NCBI RefSeq assembly: GCF_003324675.1
Contig: NZ_CP030918.1
Coordinates: 2,640,001 to 2,672,000, forward strand
DNA: 32,000 nucleotides
Origin: Paracoccus suum
GTDB taxonomy: Bacteria; Pseudomonadota; Alphaproteobacteria; Rhodobacterales; Rhodobacteraceae
Direction of reading: 5' to 3'
Shown here: positions 1 to 8,393 of the stretch, piece after piece
Numbering within the stretch: the stretch's first letter is position 1
Layout: each line of letters starts with the position of its first letter
Position numbers and translations under genes: made by a program
Notes under the pieces: generated by a model
Databases searched by the model: none
What the model was told of the DNA's origin: nothing
Seen by the model: only the letters and a program-made list of their open reading frames with translations

Positions 1-439
1 GTCCGCGGAAATCGTCCCAGTTGGCTTTGATGATCTCGCCCAGCTCCCCGAAGGTTGTATAATCAATCCTTCGAACCGAGCGAGCTTCCAGCCCCTCACT
101 GTCCTCGTTTTCCTTGTTCTTCTTGACGTTATCACGAACGGCTTGAGGCACCTTATCACCCCACCAGTTAGGCCCATGAAGTTCCTCCATGGTATTCGCG
201 ATTAACTCCCTGATATCATTCTCAAGAGAATAGAACATCCGGTAGAACTCGCCCATCCGATGGGCGTCAGATCTGATCCTCTTATCAATTTGATCCAAGT
301 GCCGGTCAATGAGTGCGTCAGTATAAAGCTCGAGATCAGTCCGGCCGGTGGAAGCATTACTTGAAGGCAGAGCCAATCGTAAATCGCGGTACGTAAGCGC
401 GCCTTTTAGGCAAAATAATTCTACCCTCTCTGAACTCAT
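1..439 (-). CDS. Partial CDS (N-terminal 146 codons; 3' end beyond the window): HEPN-like protein with a Swt1-type motif layout
   Basis: Absent from the ORF track because it is open at the window edge. Manual reverse-complement translation from ATG 437-439 gives MSSERVELFCLKGALTYRDLRLALPSSNASTGRTDLELYTDALIDRHLDQIDKRIRSDAHRMGEFYRMFYSLENDIRELIANTMEELHGPNWWGDKVPQAVRDNVKKNKENEDSEGLEARSVRRIDYTTFGELGEIIKANWDDFRG, with no stop down to position 1. The layout LEN-x-IR-x-LI ... NWW ... IDY-x-x-FG-x-L-x-x-II-x-x-NW-x-x-F is what I recall for Swt1-like HEPN domains. The catalytic Rx4-6H motif would lie beyond the edge. The start overlaps the upstream stop (TGATG). Confidence 0.6.
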   Translation of the reverse strand, partial: MSSERVELFCLKGALTYRDLRLALPSSNASTGRTDLELYTDALIDRHLDQIDKRIRSDAHRMGEFYRMFYSLENDIRELIANTMEELHGPNWWGDKVPQAVRDNVKKNKENEDSEGLEARSVRRIDYTTFGELGEIIKANWDDFRG

Positions 440-1203
440 CATTCTAAGAGATTTCTTTTGAGGCTTCGGAATATCGCGTCGAAGGTACGTTCATCCTGGC
501 TCTCAGGAAGCACAATGTTGAATTGGTATGACAACCCGAACGTCGCCGCGGCGGGGCCTGGATCCGACTTCGGTGGAAGCGGCGGGACCTTTTCCACCTC
601 GTCGTCCCTTCTGGCTTGATTCCCGTCCGAAATAAAGTTGGCCGGTATGTATGCTTTTATATTGTTAAAAGTGTTAATTATGTGTCGAAGTACCGGATCT
701 TTTTTGGTCAAACCGGTGATTTCTACTACGATGTCTTGAAGCTGGACGTCGGTTGCCTTATGTGCGACTTCATTCTTCCTAAAAATCTCAGGAAATGCAT
801 TTTTTAATCCACCTAGCGCTGCCGCAGCACGCCCGGTCTCGGTCTTAAATTTTGAGTAAAGGTCCGTTGGCGAGCCATCGCTGTTAAGAAAGCCCATCTT
901 TTTGAGTATGGGCGGCACAGAGCGGGCGCCCCCTCCCGACAATCCGAATACTGTCTCCATGTAGACGTTGCTCAGGCGGTTGGGGCGTTCGGCGGCAATT
1001 ACCGCGTCGAGGACACCCTTAATCAGACCCGGAGAAGCGGTGTAAGGAAGATTCCCCTTAATCTCCCTAGCAGCCTGCTTCTCGGAAGCGACGGTCGTTT
1101 TCGCAGCCTCGCTCTCAGCTTCTTGGACCGCCCCTCCAGCGGTGCCCGGTTCGCCTTCTTGTTCCCCTTCCCCCTCTCCAGTACCCGTGACCGGCTCTTT
1201 CAT
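439..1203 (-). CDS. DUF5343-like hypothetical protein (probable winged-helix-like core) with an acidic Gly/Glu-rich N-terminal tail
   Basis: 254-aa ORF. The core LPYTASPGLIKGVLDAVIAAERPNRLSNVYMETVFGLSGGGARSVPPILKKMGFLNSDGSPTDLYSKF...VVEITGL matches my memory of the DUF5343 family (function unknown). The N-terminus TGTGEGEGEQEGEPGTAGG is low complexity. ATG 1201-1203 is the only in-frame ATG/GTG/TTG before codon 82. The stop TGA 439-441 overlaps the next ATG. Confidence 0.7.
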   Translation of the reverse strand: MKEPVTGTGEGEGEQEGEPGTAGGAVQEAESEAAKTTVASEKQAAREIKGNLPYTASPGLIKGVLDAVIAAERPNRLSNVYMETVFGLSGGGARSVPPILKKMGFLNSDGSPTDLYSKFKTETGRAAAALGGLKNAFPEIFRKNEVAHKATDVQLQDIVVEITGLTKKDPVLRHIINTFNNIKAYIPANFISDGNQARRDDEVEKVPPLPPKSDPGPAAATFGLSYQFNIVLPESQDERTFDAIFRSLKRNLLE

Positions 1204-1206
1204 CCC

Positions 1207-3006
1207 TCACCCATCCATCTTCAACGCCGAAATAAACGCCGACTGCGGAATCTCCACCTTCCCGAACTGGCGCATCTTCTTCTTACCCGCCTTCTGCTTT
1301 TCCAGGAGCTTTTTCTTTCTCGTGGCGTCCCCGCCGTAACACTTGGCCGTCACGTCCTTGCGCATCGCAGACAGGGTCTCGCGCGCGATTACCCGCCCGC
1401 CGATGGCCGCCTGGATCGGGATCTTGAACATGTGCCGGGGGATCAGGTCCTTCAGCTTTTCGACCATCGCCCGGCCGCGGGCGTCGGCGCGGTCGCGGTG
1501 GACCATGATCGACAGCGCGTCCACCGGCTCGTCATTCACCAGGATCGACATCTTCACGAGGTTGTCCTCGCGGTATTCGCTGATCTGGTAGTCGAACGAG
1601 GCATAACCCTTGGTCACCGATTTCAGCCGGTCGTAGAAATCGAACACGACCTCGGCCAGCGGCAGGTCATAGACCACCATCGCCCGGCTGCCGGCATAGG
1701 TCAGGTCCAGCTGGATGCCGCGGCGGTCCTGGCACAGCTTCAGCACGTCGCCCAGGTAGTCGTCGGGCACCATGATCGTGGCCTTGATCCGCGGCTCGTC
1801 GATATGGTCGATCTGCATCGGGTCGGGCATGTCGGCGGGGTTGTGCAACTCGCGCACCTCGCCATCCTTCATGTGCAGGCGGAACACCACCGACGGCGCG
1901 GTGGTGATCAGGTCGAGGTCATATTCCCGCTCGAGCCGGTCGCGGATCACCTCGAGGTGCAGCAGCCCCAGGAAGCCGCAGCGAAAGCCAAAGCCGAGGG
2001 CGGCCGATGTCTCCATCTCGGAGCTGAAGCTGGCGTCGTTCAGGGCCAGCTTCTCGATCGCCTCGCGCAGCGCGTCGAAGTCGTTGGCGTCAACCGGAAA
2101 GAGGCCGCAGAACACGACGGGCTGCGCGGGTTTGAAGCCGGGCAGCGGGGCGTCGGTGCCCTTGCGCTCATGCGTGATGGTATCGCCGACGCGGGTGTCG
2201 CGGACCTGCTTGATCGAGGCGGTAAAGACGCCCATCTCGCCGGGGGCGAGTTCGGCGATGTCCTTCATGGCCGGGGTCAGCACCGCCAGCTTGTCGATGC
2301 CGTAGACCGCGCCGGTCTGCATCATGCGCACCCGGTCGCCCTTGCGGATCACGCCATCCATGACGCGGATCATGACGACAACGCCGAGGTAGGCATCGTA
2401 CCAGCTGTCGACCAGCATTGCCTTCAGCGGCGCGTCCCGCTCGCCCTTGGGGGCCGGCAGGCGGGTGACGATCGCCTCCAGCACGTCGGGAATGCCGAGG
2501 CCGGTCTTTGCGCTGATCGGGATCGCGTCGCTGGCGTCGATGCCAATGACATCCTCGATCTGTTCCTTGACGCGATCGGGCTCTGCCGCGGGCAGGTCGA
2601 TCTTGTTCAGCACCGGCACGATCTCGTGCCCGGCGTCGATGGCCTGGTAGACATTAGCGAGGGTCTGCGCCTCGACCCCCTGGGTCGCGTCGACCACCAG
2701 CAGAGATCCCTCGACCGCGCGCATGCTGCGGCTGACCTCATAGGCAAAGTCGACGTGGCCGGGGGTGTCGATCAGGTTCAGGATATAGGTCTGCCCGTCG
2801 CGCGCCGGATAGGTGATGCGCACGGTGTTGGCCTTGATGGTGATACCGCGCTCGCGCTCGATATCCATACTGTCCAGCATCTGCTCTTTCATGTCGCGGT
2901 CGGCGACAGTCCCGGTCGACTGGATCAGCCGGTCGGCGAGCGTGGATTTGCCGTGGTCGATATGGGCCACGATCGAGAAATTGCGGATCAGCGAGATGTC
3001 GGTCAT
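1207..3006 (-). CDS. lepA: Elongation factor 4 (translational GTPase LepA)
   Basis: ORF 1207..3378 trimmed to ATG 3004-3006, giving [27 protein letters not shown] (G1 AHIDHGKST). It also has DTPGHVDF (G3), NKIDL (G4) and the LepA-type C-terminal tail [28 protein letters not shown]. The 599-aa length is typical. Confidence 0.97.
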   Translation of the reverse strand: MTDISLIRNFSIVAHIDHGKSTLADRLIQSTGTVADRDMKEQMLDSMDIERERGITIKANTVRITYPARDGQTYILNLIDTPGHVDFAYEVSRSMRAVEGSLLVVDATQGVEAQTLANVYQAIDAGHEIVPVLNKIDLPAAEPDRVKEQIEDVIGIDASDAIPISAKTGLGIPDVLEAIVTRLPAPKGERDAPLKAMLVDSWYDAYLGVVVMIRVMDGVIRKGDRVRMMQTGAVYGIDKLAVLTPAMKDIAELAPGEMGVFTASIKQVRDTRVGDTITHERKGTDAPLPGFKPAQPVVFCGLFPVDANDFDALREAIEKLALNDASFSSEMETSAALGFGFRCGFLGLLHLEVIRDRLEREYDLDLITTAPSVVFRLHMKDGEVRELHNPADMPDPMQIDHIDEPRIKATIMVPDDYLGDVLKLCQDRRGIQLDLTYAGSRAMVVYDLPLAEVVFDFYDRLKSVTKGYASFDYQISEYREDNLVKMSILVNDEPVDALSIMVHRDRADARGRAMVEKLKDLIPRHMFKIPIQAAIGGRVIARETLSAMRKDVTAKCYGGDATRKKKLLEKQKAGKKKMRQFGKVEIPQSAFISALKMDG

Positions 3007-3247
3007 GGCCGGGCTATAGTGCAGCGCCGGGCGTGCGGGAAGGGGGCGCGTGCAGCCGCGCGGGGCGATTCGCGCTGTATTTCGGCGGCTCTCGCCGGGC
3101 GTGCTGCAAGATGCGGTGGTTGGTCGGGCGGGTGGCCACAGCCTGCGGTGCCGGGCATCGCGGAATTGAGTGGGCCGCGGCGCTTGTGCTATCCTCGTCC
3201 GGATAAGCAAAACAGACGCCTTCACGGCGCAACGAGGAGACAGGACA

Positions 3248-3553
3248 ATGCTTAACCGCGCTCTGCTGGGGGCCGCCGTGCTGGCCCTGACCGCGCCCTT
3301 CGCCATGGCCGGCCCGATCGACAGTGCCTGCGCAAGATCCGCCCGTGCCAGCGGCAACGGTTCGGTATGCAACTGCATCCAGCAGGTTGCCGACCAGACC
3401 CTCTCGCCCAGCGATCAGAGACGCGCTGCGGCGTTCTTTCGTGACCCGGATCAAGCGCAGTCGGTGCGCATGTCAAAGACCGGCACCGACAACGCCTTCT
3501 GGGCCCGCTACAAGAACTTTGCGACTACTGCCGAGGCGTATTGCGCCCGCTGA
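3248..3553 (+). CDS. Small secreted hypothetical protein (Sec signal peptide, 4 Cys)
   Basis: ATG 3248 is preceded by AGGAGA (3234-3239). The N-terminus [23 protein letters not shown] is a classical signal peptide with an AxA cleavage site. The mature part has 4 cysteines. I recognise no family. Confidence 0.65.
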   Translation: MLNRALLGAAVLALTAPFAMAGPIDSACARSARASGNGSVCNCIQQVADQTLSPSDQRRAAAFFRDPDQAQSVRMSKTGTDNAFWARYKNFATTAEAYCAR

Positions 3554-3615
3554 GGGCGCGGACGCCAGGATAAGACTTGGCGGGCGCCTAGGTCGCGCCC
3601 TGCCGATCCCGGCGC

Positions 3616-3882
3616 TTAGACGCCTTCAACGGGCGAGCCGTCCTTTTCCTGCATCAGGATCTTGGCCTCGGAGGCATTGGCCGAGAGCCAGACCTTGCCG
3701 TTGTCGACCGATCCGACATCGGCCAGCGGAACGTAGTGATGATGGTCGCTGACGACCCCGTGCTTCTCATCGTTCTTCGTCAGCTTCAGCCGGTTGCCGT
3801 CCATGTGATCCACAATGCCGACATGCACGCCATCGGCGCCGACCACTTCCATATGTTCCTTGATCTCGCTGGCATCGATCAT
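3616..3882 (-). CDS. DUF2171-like small protein
   Basis: 88 aa: MIDASEIKEHMEVVGADGVHVGIVDHMDGNRLKLTKNDEKHGVVSDHHHYVPLADVGSVDNGKVWL. This fits the pattern I recall for DUF2171. A GGAGG Shine-Dalgarno lies about 6 nt upstream of ATG 3880-3882. Confidence 0.75.
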   Translation of the reverse strand: MIDASEIKEHMEVVGADGVHVGIVDHMDGNRLKLTKNDEKHGVVSDHHHYVPLADVGSVDNGKVWLSANASEAKILMQEKDGSPVEGV

Positions 3883-4037
3883 GATCGCTCCTCCAGTATT
3901 TCTGTGCGCCGCTCGGCGCGGGTGTCAGTGCAACGCCGACGGCCCCCGCGCGGTTCATGCGCTGAGGCGTCGCACCCCTCTGGCGCACTCGCGGATTCCG
4001 GGTCAGGATGCCCCATCGCAAGGCGCAGGTGACCCCG

Positions 4038-4490
4038 ATGAGCGTGACGATCCGGCCCGTGGAAGCCGCCGACAAGGCGGAATGGCAGCGCCTCTTCGAG
4101 GGCTATCAACTTTACTACGAGCGGCCGGATCTGCCCCAAGAGTTTTACGATACGGCCTTCGCCCGACTGATGGCGCGCGATCCGCGCGATTTCGCCGGGC
4201 TGGTCGCGGTCGGTGATGAAGGGCACCTGCTCGGGCTGACCCACTACGTCTTTCACCCGCATATGTGGCGCCCTGAAGGCGTATGTTATCTGCAGGACCT
4301 GTTCACAAAGCCCGAGGCGCGCGGCCAGGGCGTGGCCCGCGCGCTGATCGAGGCTGTCTATGCCGCCGCGGACAATGCGGGCGTGCCATCGGTCTATTGG
4401 CTGACGCAGGAATTCAACTACGCAGGCCGGATGCTCTACGACAAGGTCGCCACCCGAACACCGTTCATTCGCTACAACCGTGCGTTGTAA
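4038..4490 (+). CDS. GNAT family N-acetyltransferase
   Basis: MSVTIRPVEAADKAEWQRLFEGY... with the acetyl-CoA binding motif KPEARGQGVARALIEAV (R/Q-x-x-G-x-G/A). An alternative upstream ATG at 4008 would add 10 aa. Confidence 0.85.
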   Translation: MSVTIRPVEAADKAEWQRLFEGYQLYYERPDLPQEFYDTAFARLMARDPRDFAGLVAVGDEGHLLGLTHYVFHPHMWRPEGVCYLQDLFTKPEARGQGVARALIEAVYAAADNAGVPSVYWLTQEFNYAGRMLYDKVATRTPFIRYNRAL

Positions 4491-4827
4491 TTTCGCGATT
4501 CGCCGGGCTTTGAGCGAAATTATCACCGGACAGGGCGGGAAAAATTTTCCGTGTCGCCCGGCAGACGAGCCAGCGAGAGTCGGCAAGGTTCCTTCGCCTT
4601 GAGCACGAGGACTTTCTCTTGGATTCCACCGCCTTGACCTGAGCTGACGCGCCCCGCTCCTCCGATCCGGCATCGGTGAGCACCCTCCCCCGGCGGCCTC
4701 CCCTGCCCCGACGTCCGGCAAACGCGGCCTCACCGCGGTGCGAGGGGCGTGACAAGACCGATCTTCTCCATTATGGCGACGCGCGGGAGGCCGGGAGACC
4801 TTATCCCCCGGCCGCGTGGGAGCCACG

Positions 4828-5250
4828 ATGAAGCCGCAGACTTTCCTTCCAGAAGACTATCGCCCCGCCGAGGACGAGCCCTTCATGAACGAGCAGCAGC
4901 TGGAATATTTCCGGCGCAAGCTGAAGGCGTGGAAGCAGGAGCTTCAGGCGCAATCGGCAGAAACGCTCGAAGGGCTGCAGGACAGCGCCCGCAACGTCCC
5001 CGACATCGCTGACCGCGCCAGCGAGGAAACCGACCGCGCGTTGGAGTTGCGGACCCGGGACCGGCAGCGCAAGCTGGTGAGCAAGATCGACGCAGCACTA
5101 CGTCGGATCGATGCGGGCGAGTTCGGCTATTGCGAGCGCACGGGCGAGCCGATCAGCCTAAAGCGCCTGGACGCCCGGCCGATCGCGACCATGACCCTCG
5201 AGGCGCAGGAGCGTCACGAGCGCCGCGAGCGCGTGCACCGCGACGAGTGA
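4828..5250 (+). CDS. dksA: RNA polymerase-binding transcription factor DksA (Cys-poor, non-zinc-finger variant)
   Basis: ATG 4828 with a GGGAG Shine-Dalgarno at 4818-4822. It has the coiled-coil tip motif DIADRASEE (DxxDxA). The C-terminal region GYCERTGEPISLKRLDARPIATMTLEAQE retains only one of the four canonical zinc-finger cysteines. Confidence 0.92.
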   Translation: MKPQTFLPEDYRPAEDEPFMNEQQLEYFRRKLKAWKQELQAQSAETLEGLQDSARNVPDIADRASEETDRALELRTRDRQRKLVSKIDAALRRIDAGEFGYCERTGEPISLKRLDARPIATMTLEAQERHERRERVHRDE

Positions 5251-5311
5251 AGCCGGTCCCGCGACGGGTCAGCCGCCGCCACGGAAACGCTACCAGCAAA
5301 GGGGTGCTGCC

Positions 5312-5878
5312 ATGGCCGATCTGAAGCCCGTGCTGGTCGTGCTGCCGCAGGGCTTTGCCGACTGGGAAACGCCGATGATTTCGGCAGCCGGCAGCGACTT
5401 CTACGGGCTGCGCGTGAGCCATGCGACACCCGGCGGCGGCCGCGTGACGTCGATTGGCGGGCTGACGGTCGACCTGCCCGACTTTGCCCCCGAAGGCGAT
5501 GAGGTGATCGTACTCTGCGGCAGCGATATCTGGGCCAGACCAGAGGCGCCGCAGATCGAGGCAACGCTGCAGGACGCGGCGAGTCGCGGCCAGACCATCG
5601 CTGCGATCTGCGGCGGAACGCTGGCCCTAGCGCGCGCCGGGCTTGTCGATGCGCGGGCACATACCTCGAACAGCGCAGATTTCATCGAGCGGGCACAGGG
5701 TTACAAAGGCGCGGCGCATTACCGCGATGTGCCGCATGCTGTCGCTGATGGCGGCGTTATCACGGCGCCTGGAACTGCGCCCATCAGCTTTGCGGCCGAA
5801 GTTCTCACCGCCGCTGGCGTGTCCGCCGAGGATGTGGACCAGTTCCGCACAATGCTCGGGGCGGAACATCGCGCCTGA
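5312..5878 (+). CDS. DJ-1/PfpI family (class I glutamine amidotransferase-like) protein
   Basis: 188 aa with the nucleophile-elbow motif IAAICGGTLALARAG. The Shine-Dalgarno AAGGGG lies about 8 nt upstream. Confidence 0.8.
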   Translation: MADLKPVLVVLPQGFADWETPMISAAGSDFYGLRVSHATPGGGRVTSIGGLTVDLPDFAPEGDEVIVLCGSDIWARPEAPQIEATLQDAASRGQTIAAICGGTLALARAGLVDARAHTSNSADFIERAQGYKGAAHYRDVPHAVADGGVITAPGTAPISFAAEVLTAAGVSAEDVDQFRTMLGAEHRA

Positions 5879-7001
5879 ATCTGCCCTGACTGGCCGCCGC
5901 GTCACCATCATCGGCGCGGGCATCGCTGGACTGAGTGCTGCGCTAGCCCTCGCCCGGGCCGGTGCCGACGTCACGGTGCACGAACGCGCCGGCGCACTGC
6001 GCGAGGTGGGTGCCGGGATACAGATCTCACCCAACGCAGGCCGTGCGCTTGATGCGCTTGGCCTCTCCGCCGGGCTCGACCGTATCTCGCATCCGTCCGA
6101 GGCAGTGGTGTTGCGCGAAAGCGGAGGGCGCCAGGTCGCGCGACTGAACTTTGCCCGGCACCGGCCGGAAGCGATCTTTCGCTTCGTCCACCGGGCCCGG
6201 CTGGTCGAGCTGCTTGAATCCGCCGCCCGCGCCGCCGGCGCCGCCATCCACCTCGGCAGTCCGCTGACCGAGCCCCCGGCAGATGCCGAACTGGTCGTCG
6301 GTGCGGATGGCCTGCATTCGGCGCAGCGCGCGGCCATGAACGGCCCTGAGGTGCCGTTTTTTACCGGCCAGACCGCGTGGCGGGCGCTAATCGCGACAGA
6401 GGCAGAGCCCTCGCCGGTAGCGCAGGTCTTCATGGGTCCTGGCCGGCATCTGGTCAGCTACCCGCTGGGCAAAGGCCTGCGCAACATCGTCGCCGTCTTG
6501 GAGACGCCGGAGTGGACCGCCGAAGGTTGGTCGCAGCCCGGGGACCCGGACGATCTGCGCGCAGCCTTCCGGGATTTCGGCGGCCCTGTGCCCGAATGGC
6601 TTGCGCGGGTGGACGCGTGCGGACACTGGGGTCTTTTCCGGCACCCGCTGGCCGACCGCTGGCAGGACGGGCGGCGCGTGCTGATTGGCGATGCCGCGCA
6701 TCCCACCCTGCCATTCCTCGCCCAGGGTGCCTGCATGGCCATCGAGGATGCGTTTCGGCTGACCCACTATCTGGGCGCCGCCAGGGATCAGGCAGCTGCC
6801 TTCGCCCGTTTCGAGGCTGAGCGTCGTCCCCGCGTCGCGCGCATCGTCGCCGCTGCGGACGCCAATGCGCGCAACTATCATCTGAACGGGCTGCAGCGAT
6901 TGGCGGGGCATACGGCGCTGCGGCTTGGCTCAAGATTTGTGCCGAGAATGGTCTTTGACCGCTTTGCCTGGGTCTATGACTACGACCCCGCCCGCGGCTG
7001 A
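5832..7001 (+). CDS. FAD-dependent monooxygenase (salicylate hydroxylase / UbiH-like flavoprotein hydroxylase)
   Basis: Rossmann motif RVTIIGAGIAGLSAALALARAG-x-V-x-V-x-E and FAD-binding motif LIGDAAHPTLPFLAQGACMAIEDA. The start is uncertain. The only canonical in-frame start upstream of the GAG motif is ATG 5832, which overlaps the preceding gene by 47 nt. Confidence 0.85.
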   Translation: MWTSSAQCSGRNIAPESALTGRRVTIIGAGIAGLSAALALARAGADVTVHERAGALREVGAGIQISPNAGRALDALGLSAGLDRISHPSEAVVLRESGGRQVARLNFARHRPEAIFRFVHRARLVELLESAARAAGAAIHLGSPLTEPPADAELVVGADGLHSAQRAAMNGPEVPFFTGQTAWRALIATEAEPSPVAQVFMGPGRHLVSYPLGKGLRNIVAVLETPEWTAEGWSQPGDPDDLRAAFRDFGGPVPEWLARVDACGHWGLFRHPLADRWQDGRRVLIGDAAHPTLPFLAQGACMAIEDAFRLTHYLGAARDQAAAFARFEAERRPRVARIVAAADANARNYHLNGLQRLAGHTALRLGSRFVPRMVFDRFAWVYDYDPARG

Positions 7002-7028
7002 AGCAGCTGCCTCCGCCGAACTGCGTGC

Positions 7029-8372
7029 TCAGGCCGCGTGCTCGACCGCCGCCACGATACCGTCCACCACCTCGTGCAGCACGGTCTCGTCTTCGGCTTC
7101 GGCCATCACGCGGATCAGCGGCTCGGTACCCGATTTACGGATCAGCACGCGGCCGCTGCCGTTCAGCCGGCCCTCGGCATCGGCGATGACGCGCTGCACG
7201 CCCGCCGTGCCCAGCGGGTCGGCCCCGGCGGCATAGCGCACGTTCTTGAGCAATTGCGGCACCGGGGCGAATTGTTCGGCGAGGCGGCTCGCGCGCTCGC
7301 CCGTCTCGGCCATGGCCGCCAGCACCTGCAGCGCCGCGATCAGCCCGTCGCCGGTGGTGGCGTAGTCGGTCATGACGATGTGGCCCGATTGTTCGCCGCC
7401 GAGGTTGAAGCCCCCTGCCCGCATCCGTTCGACGACATAGCGATCGCCCACCGCCGTCCGTTCCAGCCGGAGGCCGCGTCCCTCCATGAACCGCTCTAGC
7501 CCGAGGTTCGACATGACCGTCGCGACCAGGGCGCCACCCTTCAGCCGGCCCTGCGCGGCCCAACGGCCGGCCAGCAGCGCCATGATCTGGTCGCCATCGG
7601 CGACGCGGCCGGTTTCGTCGACGATCATCACCCGGTCGGCATCGCCATCGAGGCTGATGCCCAGATCGGCGCCATGCTTCTTGACCGCTGCCTGCGCCGC
7701 CGCGACATGGGTGGATCCCACGCCAGCGTTGATGTTCAGCCCATCCGGCTTGACGCCCAGCGGAATGACCTCGGCCCCCAGTTCCCACAGCACATCCGGC
7801 GCGGCCTTGTAGGCAGCGCCATGGGCGCAATCGATCACCACCTTCAGCCCGTCCAGTCGCTGGCCGGCCGGAAAGGTCGTCTTGGCATATTCGACATAGC
7901 GGCCGCGGCCGTCGTCGATGCGTTTGACGCGGCCGATGTTCTCGGGCTGGGCCAGCGTGATGTCACCGCCGACCAGGGCCTCGATCTCGGCCTCGGCCTC
8001 GTCGCTCAGCTTGAAGCCTTCGGGGCCAAAGAACTTGATGCCGTTGTCGTCGGCCGGATTGTGACTGGCCGAGATCATGATTCCCACATCGGCGCGCATC
8101 GAGCGCGTCAGGAACCCGACCGCCGGTGTGGGCACCGGCCCCAGCAGCAGCACATTCATGCCGGTGCTGGTCAGGCCCGCGGTCAGCGCCGTCTCGATCA
8201 TGTAGCAGGACAGGCGCGTGTCCTTGCCGATCACGACGCGGTGCCCATTCTTGCCATCTCGGCGGAAATAGCGCCCTGCGGCAGCCCCGAGGCGCAGCGC
8301 CATCTCGGCCGTCATCGGGTGGCTGTTGGCCCGGCCGCGCACGCCGTCGGTGCCGAAAAGTGATCTGGCCAT
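7029..8372 (-). CDS. glmM: Phosphoglucosamine mutase
   Basis: [16 protein letters not shown]..., the phosphoserine loop [16 protein letters not shown], and GEQSGH. Start chosen at ATG 8370-8372, with GAGG 7 nt upstream. An alternative ATG at 8388-8390 would add 6 aa. Confidence 0.95.
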   Translation of the reverse strand: MARSLFGTDGVRGRANSHPMTAEMALRLGAAAGRYFRRDGKNGHRVVIGKDTRLSCYMIETALTAGLTSTGMNVLLLGPVPTPAVGFLTRSMRADVGIMISASHNPADDNGIKFFGPEGFKLSDEAEAEIEALVGGDITLAQPENIGRVKRIDDGRGRYVEYAKTTFPAGQRLDGLKVVIDCAHGAAYKAAPDVLWELGAEVIPLGVKPDGLNINAGVGSTHVAAAQAAVKKHGADLGISLDGDADRVMIVDETGRVADGDQIMALLAGRWAAQGRLKGGALVATVMSNLGLERFMEGRGLRLERTAVGDRYVVERMRAGGFNLGGEQSGHIVMTDYATTGDGLIAALQVLAAMAETGERASRLAEQFAPVPQLLKNVRYAAGADPLGTAGVQRVIADAEGRLNGSGRVLIRKSGTEPLIRVMAEAEDETVLHEVVDGIVAAVEHAA

Positions 8373-8393
8373 CTGCGCCTCGTTCGTCATTTG

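Larger units (their letters stand above)
1..1203. other. Compositionally foreign (AT-rich) segment abutting the 3' end of lepA; left boundary lies outside the window
   Basis: Hand counts of 60-nt lines give 35-57% GC over most of 1-900 (for example 661-720 = 35%, 181-240 = 42%), with some 60-65% lines at 901-1200. Lines within lepA give about 72% (1681-1740). The segment contains only the two minus-strand genes below. Confidence 0.6.

Noticed and set aside
616-807. 63-aa + strand ORF inside the AT-rich segment
   Set aside because: It is antisense to the DUF5343-like gene, has no Shine-Dalgarno, and has an odd composition (Phe/Tyr/Cys/Lys-rich). It is best explained as a chance ORF in AT-rich DNA.
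1123-3255. 710-aa ORF on the + strand covering the whole of lepA
   Set aside because: It is antisense to an unambiguous lepA. The translation is Arg/His/Val/Asp/Gly-rich with no recognisable motifs, which is a typical stop-poor antisense frame in high-GC DNA.
3007-3378. 124-codon N-terminal extension of the lepA ORF (track start 3378)
   Set aside because: The extension ([15 protein letters not shown]...) is not LepA-like. The conserved GTPase N-terminus [22 protein letters not shown] begins at ATG 3004-3006. The extension would also overlap the divergent secreted-protein gene.
4650-4710. Possible CcsR/cuckoo-type sRNA (CCUCCUCCC-motif RNAs of Rhodobacter) in the dksA upstream region
   Set aside because: The pyrimidine tracts are not displayed in obvious hairpin loops when folded by eye. 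There is no upstream DUF1127-type small ORF and no terminator. The observation is kept only as a low-interest leader feature, not as an sRNA call.
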